DNA of 64,000 nucleotides from Schmidtea nova (Eukaryota): the NCBI GenBank assembly GCA_044892505.1, contig CM097882.1:460660001-460724000 (forward strand), read 5' to 3'. Within the stretch, counting starts at the first letter, position 1, and the number at the start of each line of letters is the position of its first letter. The notes below the pieces were generated by a model. That model was not told where the DNA came from, searched no databases, and was given only the letters and a program-made list of their open reading frames with translations. Shown in pieces: positions 31,824-40,533 of the stretch. Made by a program: the position numbers and the translations under genes.

Positions 31824-34376
31824 AAGAAGGATGGAACTCAAAGATTCTGTATCGATTACAGACGATTGAATGCAGTTACGAAAAGAGATACGTACCCATT
31901 GCCAGACATAAACGAAATGTTGTTGACGTTACAAGGAGCAGCTTATTTCACGTCACTGGATTTAAAGAGCGGATATTGGCAGATCAAAATGAAAGACGAA
32001 GATAAAGAAAAGACAGCATTTACAATCGGACGAGATCTGTACCAATTCAAGAAAATGCCGTTTGGGTTAACAAACGCGCCAGCATCATTCCAGAGATGCA
32101 TGAATTTCGTAACACATGGCATAAAACAATGCATGGTGTATATCGACGATCTATTGATCTACTCCGCAACATTCGAAGATCACTTGCAAGACATCAGAAA
32201 TGTGTTCGTGAAATTAAGACAATGGAAACTGAAATTAAAGCCGTCAAAGTGCGATTGGGCAAAAGAAAAAGTGACATTCTTAGGTCACATTGTCTCAGCA
32301 AAAGGAAAAGAACCAGATCCAAGGAATATCGAAAAGGTCAAAGAATGTCCACCACCAAAGACAGTGACTCAAATACAAGAATTTTTGGGATTGTGTGGAT
32401 ATTATCGAAAGTTCATCAAGGACTATGCAGGAATATCAAAGCCAATGCAAGAATTAGTAAGACAAGACGTGTCGTTTGTGTGGGGAGCAGAGCAACAAGC
32501 AGCATATGAAATATTGCGAGACAAACTGATTACAGCACCAATATTGGTCCATCCAGATTTTAAGAAGCCATTTTTGTTGGCAACAGATGCAAGTGGATAC
32601 GCAGCAGGAGCAGTACTAGGTCAATTTGACGAAGAAGGCAAGGAAAGAGTAATCGGATATTACAGTCGAACCTTCAGGAAGCATGAAAAGAATTACTCAG
32701 TCACGGAAAGAGAAGCCTATGCGATAATATTGGCAATCAAGCATTTCAAATACCTATTGTGGGGTCATGAGATATATATTACAACGGATCATCAACCATT
32801 GGTATGGTTAGGTCAACATAAAGAATCATCAAGTAGATTGATGCGTTGGGCGATGCAACTACAAGAATACTCGCCATTCATAAAGTTTAAAGCAGGAAAA
32901 GCAAATGCAAACGCGGATTGCATGTCAAGGTTTACATTTCCAGAATTGGTGAACCTGAATGCTCTAAAAATATGTGCATTAATAGCGGAAGATTTGGATT
33001 TCAGCGAATTAAGGAAAGATCAACTCGAAGATGAGGAGTTGGGATTGATCAGCAAGTATTTGAAAGAAAGGGAAATAGAAATATTCGGCAAGAACCAAGT
33101 GTTGCGCGAACATATGCAGAAATACCAACATAGATACGTGATGGAAAAAGGATGGTTATTGATACAAGATGGAGAACGGAGATTAATGTGCTTACCTGCG
33201 AATAGGCGAAAGGAAATCATGACTCAATATCATGACGGAAAATTAGGCGGACATATGTCAGCAAAAAAGACAAGCGGAAGACTGAGACAAAAGTATTTTT
33301 GGCCAACCATGGAAGATGATGTGAAAGAATGGATAAAGAACTGCTTAACCTGTGCGACAAGAAAGAACGTCGGAACGAAGTGGAAAACACCACTAAAACC
33401 AATGCCAATACCTGCAGAACCGATGGCGACGATAGCAATGGACGTAGTTGGGCCATTGCCGGAAAGTTTAAAAGGAAATCAGTACATATTAGTAGTCACG
33501 GACTATCTAACAAAGTTCCCAGAAGCGTTCGCAATACCAGATCAAAAAGCAAAAACAGTCGCGAGAATATTGGTGGAAGAGATATGCTGCAGATACGGAA
33601 CACCAAAGAAAATCCTAACGGATCAAGGAACAAATTTCATGAGTGAAATATTGGACGAAGTTACGAATTACTTCAGAATCGCGAAATTACGAACATCCCC
33701 ATACCATCCACAAACGAACGGTCAAACAGAAAGGTTCAATGGAACATTGATACGCATGTTGTCGAATTACGTCAGTAAACATCAAACTGACTGGGACGAA
33801 TATATCAACTTATGTTTGATGGCATACAGAATGTCAATTCATGCGGCAACAAAGCTAAGTCCATTTCAACTGATGTACGGAAGAGATTGCAACTTACCGA
33901 TCGATTTGGAATACCAACCACCATTATCACAGTACATGGAGGTTGACGATTACGTGACGAAGTTCAAAGAAAGAATGCAAGAAATCTGGAAAACGGCGGA
34001 ACTGAACATCAAGTTCTATCAAGAAAGTTATAAGGATCTCCATGATCAGAAAAAGAATGTGAAAGCACATGATTTAAAAGTTGGAGATTGGGTGATAATT
34101 GAGACACCAGAGATAATACCCGGTACGGTCAAGAAACTCCAACGACCAGGCAAGGGGCCATACGAAATAACAACCGTAAACGAAAACAATGTGCGAGTAC
34201 GATTGGTGAACAATCCATTGGTAAGACCAATATACGTGAATGCATGTCGATGCAGGAAAATACCAAAGACAGCAACTCTATTACCAGAGAAACGGGTAAT
34301 GACAAGATCACAGACGGCGAGAATTAATATGTTGCGAGTACAACAAAAGCCGCAAACAAGTCTAGAAGACAAGTGA
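31824..34376 (+). CDS. Polyprotein part 2: RT, RNase H, integrase (same frame as part 1)
   Basis: RT: RFCIDYRRLN, DLKSGYWQI, MPFGLTNAPASFQR, YIDD. RNase H: TDASG, TDHQPL. IN: H..H/C..C, DVVGP, TDQGTNF, ERFNGTL, GPY. Confidence 0.96.
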   Translation, partial: KKDGTQRFCIDYRRLNAVTKRDTYPLPDINEMLLTLQGAAYFTSLDLKSGYWQIKMKDEDKEKTAFTIGRDLYQFKKMPFGLTNAPASFQRCMNFVTHGIKQCMVYIDDLLIYSATFEDHLQDIRNVFVKLRQWKLKLKPSKCDWAKEKVTFLGHIVSAKGKEPDPRNIEKVKECPPPKTVTQIQEFLGLCGYYRKFIKDYAGISKPMQELVRQDVSFVWGAEQQAAYEILRDKLITAPILVHPDFKKPFLLATDASGYAAGAVLGQFDEEGKERVIGYYSRTFRKHEKNYSVTEREAYAIILAIKHFKYLLWGHEIYITTDHQPLVWLGQHKESSSRLMRWAMQLQEYSPFIKFKAGKANANADCMSRFTFPELVNLNALKICALIAEDLDFSELRKDQLEDEELGLISKYLKEREIEIFGKNQVLREHMQKYQHRYVMEKGWLLIQDGERRLMCLPANRRKEIMTQYHDGKLGGHMSAKKTSGRLRQKYFWPTMEDDVKEWIKNCLTCATRKNVGTKWKTPLKPMPIPAEPMATIAMDVVGPLPESLKGNQYILVVTDYLTKFPEAFAIPDQKAKTVARILVEEICCRYGTPKKILTDQGTNFMSEILDEVTNYFRIAKLRTSPYHPQTNGQTERFNGTLIRMLSNYVSKHQTDWDEYINLCLMAYRMSIHAATKLSPFQLMYGRDCNLPIDLEYQPPLSQYMEVDDYVTKFKERMQEIWKTAELNIKFYQESYKDLHDQKKNVKAHDLKVGDWVIIETPEIIPGTVKKLQRPGKGPYEITTVNENNVRVRLVNNPLVRPIYVNACRCRKIPKTATLLPEKRVMTRSQTARINMLRVQQKPQTSLEDK

Positions 34377-34484
34377 AGGGAGATAATAGACATCAAAGAA
34401 CTGGCAAAGAAAACCAGAGAAATTATACCAGAATGGAAATGGTGGCACGATTTCAATATACTGTCAGAAGTTCGAAAGAATGTA

Positions 34485-37400
34485 ATGGACTATGCGAAGG
34501 ATAGAACAGCACATCCAATAACAAGAACGCTGCTAGAGGAAATCCCTCAAACTTTGAATCTACAAGACAAAGACGGTAATACCGCGTTGCACAATGCAAT
34601 CAAGCACAGTGGAAACGAAAAAGTGAAGGAAATTGTAGAGATGATACTCGAAGGTGGAGGAGAAATTGACAAAGTGAATTGGGAAGGAATCACTCCACTT
34701 ATGATGATGACGATTCACGGAAGAAACGATGAAATAATCAAGCTATTCGGAAACACCAGATCGAATTGGATGGCAAAAGATAAAGAAGGACGAACATTCT
34801 TGAATCATGCAATTGACAGAGCAAATCACCGAATACTGAAGTATATTATGGAAAATGCCACGTGGGAAATCGATGAACTAACCAGAGGATCTATCATGAA
34901 ACAAGCAATCGGGGTAAAGAACAGTAAAACCTGGAGAATATTGCTAAAGTGGAAACGACCAGAAGGAGATTCGTGGGTCATAGATTGCAATGAAGTATTC
35001 ACAAGAGGAGAAAATGCGTTACTGAAACATCTATTAGAAGTAACATACGATCCAAAAACACTTGCAGTGTTGATAGCGAGAGATACGTTACGGGTTAGCG
35101 AAAACCCAAGAGAATACAAGTTGGAAGACAGAAAGAAAGAACTATTCGGATTAATCAAGAAATGGTGTGATAAACAATGGAATCCGGATATGAGCTTCGA
35201 ACATTTCTATGACATCCAAAAGCAGCACAAAGAAATAAGCAAGCGATATAAAGAGCTGATAGAAGCATTGAAATATGGACAGTTCTTCAGACAAGCAGTG
35301 TATCAAGACCAACGAATGAAACAGATGCAAACGCGAATAAGAAGCAAAGCAGTGTTGTTCAATGCAAAAGCTGATTATCAAGAGAGATTAGACGCAATCG
35401 TAGCAAAAGCACAGGAAAAATTATCGGAATTCAAAGAGAATAAAAACTCGTTGGAAATACTAGGAGCGATTACAGAGAAAGTGCACAGATATGCACAAGG
35501 GGATTATAACGAGATCGACATAGAAACGATCAAAAATCAAATGCCAGTGGCATTCCTATTATCAAAGGATGGGAGATTGCCGATACACTGGGCATTACGT
35601 CGAAAGAAAGAAAACGAAGTGCTGGAAATAACGAAAGCGATGGTCAAGTGCGAAGCAGACATGAATACGGTTGACGATAACGGAGATACAATCATGATAA
35701 TCGCAGCAAGAAAGAAGACGAAATGGAAAGTGCTAAATGAATTATACGAAGCAGGAGCAAAAATCGAAGGGAAAAATGGAAAGAATAATTCCATCATAGA
35801 TATCGCAATACAGTGGAACAACTTCGAGATGATCAAGTTCATAAAGTCCATCAAGAGACAAGAGGACATAGAATACCTGGCAAATAACGTAAAGAAGTTC
35901 AGCCTGACAGTAATGATACACGACATAGAGAAAACAAGAGCATTATTAACATGGGTGAATCCGAGCACCAAGGAACAGGCGTTCAAGGTCAATGACCATA
36001 TGGAACAGAATCAGAATTGGTGTATCAGAAGCGCGTTATTAAGACACAAAAAGCCAGAGATAGTAGAAGAATTCTTAAAGAGAAGAGATGTGAAGTTCAC
36101 GAACAATCCAAAGGAACCCGAACGAACGGGAAGATGGAAAGACTTGTTCAGGAAGTATGTGAATGAGTGGGCAAAAGCCAAAGAAACGATCAAGCAAAGT
36201 AGACTAAAAGACATAGAACCATCCAAAGATATGGAAATACGGGAATTCGAGTCTAGCACACTCGCGGTTCAAGCGTATGAAAGATTGATTGAAGAAATTA
36301 ATGTCGAGGACGACATTTTCAAAGGACCAGGGGGTGGTTACAGAGATTTCGACGACAAAAGCAACAACGAAGAGAACAACGAAGACAAGGACAACAAAAG
36401 AACGGAGGATAATGAGAAAGAAAGACAAGAAGAACCGAAGTCAACGAGAAACGACAAGAAAGGAGAAGCAGAAGAACGAGAAAACAGTGGAACAAAAGAC
36501 GAACATGCGAATTATGGAAAACGAACAGGAAGTCTACTTTTGAGACCAGAAATGTTGTGTATTGCGATATTGATAACAATCATCGGACAAGGAGAAGCCA
36601 AGAAACAATACGTCACGCTAGAGATAATCAGAGGAAATGAAGTATACGAAAGAATATGCTGGAAAGAAAACCTGAGGAAAAACGATACGCTGAAGTGTAT
36701 ATTGTCAGATTTGAAGCGAGACGTCATCCAAATCAAAGGATTGGAGAAAGAAAAGTCATACATAATATGCGCAATAAAGCAGAGAGGAGAACCAAAAGCA
36801 CCTCAAGTAACTGCATGCCAATTATACAAAGCAACGGAAGCGCTGAAGATACAGAAATGGATTGAGAAAAGAAGCGAAGAGACAACGAGAAGAACAGAAG
36901 TGGAATCAGAGAAAGGGAAGAATCAATCTGAAGCAGAAGAAGGAATCAGAAACCGAACAGAGAAAGAAAGAATAACCAAAAATCCAGCGGGCAAATTAAC
37001 ATTCCAACCAGAATTGATATGTGTAGCATTAATATTAATCCTCATTAAGAGAATCATGGAGGACATAGATATCAGCGTGATGACGTTAGTAAACATCCAA
37101 GATCAACGAACAACGAATGGAAGATGTTGGGGACGAAACAATGAGGTAATTGGAATCAGCGAAACAAGAGAAATAGTAGAGGCGGAGACAAATGAGGAAA
37201 TAGAGATAACTGAAATGGAGACAGATAGAAAATGTGAACTATGTCTCATGGAAAAGGCAGCAAACGGAAACAGACCAGGAACAAGCGAGTGTAAAGTGTT
37301 CCAAGCAAAGGAGATAATTGAATTCCCAAAAAGAAAGAAACAAGATCAAGAAACGATTGCGAATGAAGTAGTAACCGTGGAGATAAAAAACATTGGTCGG

Positions 37401-38465
37401 AGAACAATTGGGATGTGTTGGAGAAAATACATCGGAGTATCGACCAGTCACGTACTACCGCAATGCAGAACGAGAGAACGAGGAATCCCGTTTCAACTAA
37501 ATGGATTCGAAGTCGGACAAGCCTACGAAATTTGCGTAATTCGAAGAATAAGAGAAATAATACAAAGAAGCCTGGAGTGCAAACTGTACAAGACGCCAGA
37601 GCAAATTAACGGAACAAGAACGATCGAAATGGGAAGAAGTCGACAGAGGAAAAGAAAGTCAAGAAGAACCACGACAGCCAACAGTCAAGGAGTTCAACAG
37701 GTAACAACAGAAAGGATGACAATAGAAAACGAACCGGAATCAACAACGTTGATAATATGGAAGATCCATAAAAAGGTCCTAGAAATCTGTTGGACATTAA
37801 TGCCAAACAGTATGGGAAAGTCTCCACGAAACTGTCAAAAGACATCAAATGACAAAAAGGAAACAATCGAGGTAGAAATGAGGAAGTTGAAAACAAATGC
37901 AGAATATGTAGTGTGTGCAATTGAAGAAGTGGATACACAAGGAAATCCACAAGAAAGGTGCGAAACCTACTACACACCGATAAAGAGGAGAATCAAAAAG
38001 TTAGAATTCCGAGAATTGAGTCAGAAGAGAGAACAAAACGAGAAGGAAGAAACAATACCAAATCAACAAGAAAAATGGGAACCAGAGAAAGTGATCGAAG
38101 AAGTCAGACGGAGACAACAACAATATGAACAATGGGAAGCGGAATGGAAAGGTCAATATGGCGTGATGATAAACCAAAGTGAGACTCCAAGAAGGAGCAT
38201 TGGGAAAACAATAATGGGATTAATCAGCATGGGAGTATTCATAGCGTGTATACCGCTGATAACGATCATGATAGTATGTTGGAGATATGGCATGAGAAAT
38301 AAGACCATAGCAGTAAAATGGCCGGACGTAAAGGTCACGAATTACAACATAAAACTACCAAAAGAAGTACGAGAAGAGCTGAAAAGACGATCAAAACACG
38401 AAGAGATGTGGGTACAGATCGAGGACGAGGAACTGTACGAAGGAAAACCAGTGATAGTTGTATAG
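34485..38465 (+). CDS. Ankyrin-repeat plus FN3-like membrane protein (same frame as pol; only a TGA at 34374 separates them)
   Basis: Ankyrin motifs DKDGNTALHNAI, GITPLMMM, GRTFLNHAI, GRLPIHWAL, NGDTIMIIAA. Two signal/TM-like segments, three repeats of (ICW...I.GL.....Y.ICAI) resembling FN3 strands, and a C-terminal TM segment. Confidence 0.8.
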   Translation: MDYAKDRTAHPITRTLLEEIPQTLNLQDKDGNTALHNAIKHSGNEKVKEIVEMILEGGGEIDKVNWEGITPLMMMTIHGRNDEIIKLFGNTRSNWMAKDKEGRTFLNHAIDRANHRILKYIMENATWEIDELTRGSIMKQAIGVKNSKTWRILLKWKRPEGDSWVIDCNEVFTRGENALLKHLLEVTYDPKTLAVLIARDTLRVSENPREYKLEDRKKELFGLIKKWCDKQWNPDMSFEHFYDIQKQHKEISKRYKELIEALKYGQFFRQAVYQDQRMKQMQTRIRSKAVLFNAKADYQERLDAIVAKAQEKLSEFKENKNSLEILGAITEKVHRYAQGDYNEIDIETIKNQMPVAFLLSKDGRLPIHWALRRKKENEVLEITKAMVKCEADMNTVDDNGDTIMIIAARKKTKWKVLNELYEAGAKIEGKNGKNNSIIDIAIQWNNFEMIKFIKSIKRQEDIEYLANNVKKFSLTVMIHDIEKTRALLTWVNPSTKEQAFKVNDHMEQNQNWCIRSALLRHKKPEIVEEFLKRRDVKFTNNPKEPERTGRWKDLFRKYVNEWAKAKETIKQSRLKDIEPSKDMEIREFESSTLAVQAYERLIEEINVEDDIFKGPGGGYRDFDDKSNNEENNEDKDNKRTEDNEKERQEEPKSTRNDKKGEAEERENSGTKDEHANYGKRTGSLLLRPEMLCIAILITIIGQGEAKKQYVTLEIIRGNEVYERICWKENLRKNDTLKCILSDLKRDVIQIKGLEKEKSYIICAIKQRGEPKAPQVTACQLYKATEALKIQKWIEKRSEETTRRTEVESEKGKNQSEAEEGIRNRTEKERITKNPAGKLTFQPELICVALILILIKRIMEDIDISVMTLVNIQDQRTTNGRCWGRNNEVIGISETREIVEAETNEEIEITEMETDRKCELCLMEKAANGNRPGTSECKVFQAKEIIEFPKRKKQDQETIANEVVTVEIKNIGRRTIGMCWRKYIGVSTSHVLPQCRTRERGIPFQLNGFEVGQAYEICVIRRIREIIQRSLECKLYKTPEQINGTRTIEMGRSRQRKRKSRRTTTANSQGVQQVTTERMTIENEPESTTLIIWKIHKKVLEICWTLMPNSMGKSPRNCQKTSNDKKETIEVEMRKLKTNAEYVVCAIEEVDTQGNPQERCETYYTPIKRRIKKLEFRELSQKREQNEKEETIPNQQEKWEPEKVIEEVRRRQQQYEQWEAEWKGQYGVMINQSETPRRSIGKTIMGLISMGVFIACIPLITIMIVCWRYGMRNKTIAVKWPDVKVTNYNIKLPKEVREELKRRSKHEEMWVQIEDEELYEGKPVIVV

Positions 38466-38588
38466 AGGGTGGAATATGAGTGTAAATAATAGTGTAAAAA
38501 CCAATGCATAACCGTATACGTATGGGTATAAATATTATAAAACATAAAAACAGAAAAAGAGAATGATGTATATAATCTAGAAAAAACG

Positions 38589-38939
38589 ATGAACCAAGAA
38601 AATATCGAGATGTCAATGATGACAAGATGGAAAGTGCAATGTGACCTGCTAGCCAGAACAGTAAATGAATTACAGAGCCAGTTGACGGCCAAAACGCAAT
38701 TATTAACCGAGAGCTACAACTGTAATTTTGAAGCAATGAACAAAATCGAGACCCAACAAATGCAGATAAACGAATTACAGAACGAGAATCGAACATTAAA
38801 TGAAGTAAACAATTGGCAAGCAGAGGAAATTGACAGATTAGCGAGACATGAAGAGGAAGAGATACCAGATAGTTGGACGAGCTGGATTGTAAATGAGATA
38901 GACGTGTATCCAGAGCCAGATTCAACTGAGGATGTATAG
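38589..38939 (+). CDS. Small coiled-coil protein, unknown function
   Basis: Intact 116-aa ORF with heptad-like LARTVNELQSQL...QINELQNENRTL. Acceptor-like CTAG 8 nt before the ATG. Confidence 0.6.
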   Translation: MNQENIEMSMMTRWKVQCDLLARTVNELQSQLTAKTQLLTESYNCNFEAMNKIETQQMQINELQNENRTLNEVNNWQAEEIDRLARHEEEEIPDSWTSWIVNEIDVYPEPDSTEDV

Positions 38940-39031
38940 TGAATAAGCGGAAAACTGTGTAAATACGTGTAAATAAAGAACCAGAAAAAAAATCAAAAAT
39001 ATGGAGAAATTGATGTAAATATTGTTGTAGA

Positions 39032-40444
39032 ATGAGAGCAGAAAGTGAAGCAGACCACCAAGCAATCGAAATTCTAAGAAGAGAAAATCGACAATGGGGA
39101 GTAAATGTGACGTGTGTAAAGTGTAAAAATCTACTGTTAAAACCGAGGCAAACGGAATGTGGATGCAGGATGTGCACCAAGTGTATATTGCAAATAATCA
39201 GTGAAAGTGAGACAAGAAAGTGTCCAGAGTGTGACGATAAACTACTGATCAACGAGACGAAACCAGACAAAGCAATACAAAAGGAGATCTGGAAGATAAA
39301 AACAGAGTGTATAAACCAACCATGTGAATGGAAAGGACCAATAATTGAGTTAAGACAACATCTGGGAAAATGCGAAAACAAGAAAGCGATATGTGAAAAG
39401 TGTCAACAGACGATAACAATCAAGCAGTCGAAAAATCATAAGGATGAGTGCAAAGCAGAGATAATAGAGTGTCAATACTGCGAACAAAGAGAGACAAGAG
39501 AGATAATCGAAACAGAACATCTCAACGTAGCAGAAGAGAAAGTGTGCGGAAAATTCAGAGGAATTTGTCCAAGTAATTGCGGAGCCGGAGAAGAGATGAT
39601 GCTGAAAGAACATTGGGAACAATGCGAGTCAAGACCAAGAAAGTGCGTATGGAGTAAACAAGGATGTGCAGTAAAGAAAACGAGCAAAGAGATGAAAGAA
39701 CATTTAGAAACAGAGACGGTACAACACGCAGAGATGCTAACAGAAAATTTAAGCGGAATGGAGCAAACCATACAGAAACTGGGAAAGGAAATTGAATCTC
39801 AGAGGATAATGACGGAGTTATTACTGGGAACGAGAGAGCAATTCGAGCTCACCAGAGAGAAAATGATGGAGAAAATCAAGGTCATAGAGACGCTAGTAAG
39901 AGAAGTAAATGTACGACATCAAATGTGGGTACGAGATACAGAGGATATCGAGAATTTACCGGTCGCACCATACGTATGGAAAATCAAGAACTTCAACGAA
40001 AAGTTCGCAGCAGCAAAAGCAGGAAGTCAAGTGTCGGTAACAAGTCCACCATTCTATCTGTGGAAAAATGGATACAAAGTTCGAATGAGAATTTATCCAA
40101 ATGGAGATGGATCAGGAAAGGAAACGCATGTGTCATTATTCTTTGCGTTGTGTAAAGGTGGTTACGACGACATATTAGAATGGCCGCTAGAGACAAAGGC
40201 TATAATGAGAGTGAGAAACTCGAAAGAAACAATAGCGAGAGTATTCAAAATTGATGGTAAGCACGAAGCTTACAAAAGACCGACCACAGAATGTTCATTA
40301 GCGACTGGAGAACCAAAATTCATACCACACCAAACAATGTGGGAAATGTTGTACGACGACAACCTATACGTAGAGTTGGAGATCGAAAAGAAAACAAGTA
40401 CAACAGTGATGAACACGAAGTCAACGAAAGGATGGTTAGAGTAG
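39032..40444 (+). CDS. TRAF-family protein (RING, TRAF zinc fingers, coiled coil, MATH), intronless
   Basis: RING CVKC...CGCRMCTKC...CPEC; zinc fingers CINQPCEW...HLGKC. MATH domain YVWKIKNF...SPPFYLWKNGYKVRMRIYPNGDGSGKETHVSLFFALCKGGYDDILEWP. Confidence 0.92.
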   Translation: MRAESEADHQAIEILRRENRQWGVNVTCVKCKNLLLKPRQTECGCRMCTKCILQIISESETRKCPECDDKLLINETKPDKAIQKEIWKIKTECINQPCEWKGPIIELRQHLGKCENKKAICEKCQQTITIKQSKNHKDECKAEIIECQYCEQRETREIIETEHLNVAEEKVCGKFRGICPSNCGAGEEMMLKEHWEQCESRPRKCVWSKQGCAVKKTSKEMKEHLETETVQHAEMLTENLSGMEQTIQKLGKEIESQRIMTELLLGTREQFELTREKMMEKIKVIETLVREVNVRHQMWVRDTEDIENLPVAPYVWKIKNFNEKFAAAKAGSQVSVTSPPFYLWKNGYKVRMRIYPNGDGSGKETHVSLFFALCKGGYDDILEWPLETKAIMRVRNSKETIARVFKIDGKHEAYKRPTTECSLATGEPKFIPHQTMWEMLYDDNLYVELEIEKKTSTTVMNTKSTKGWLE

Positions 40445-40533
40445 TCAGAGTGAACGACCCTGTAAATAAAGTGTAAAAATTGACAACAACAATAAACGTA
40501 TAGTATAACAAGTGTAAATTTGTAAATTACAGA

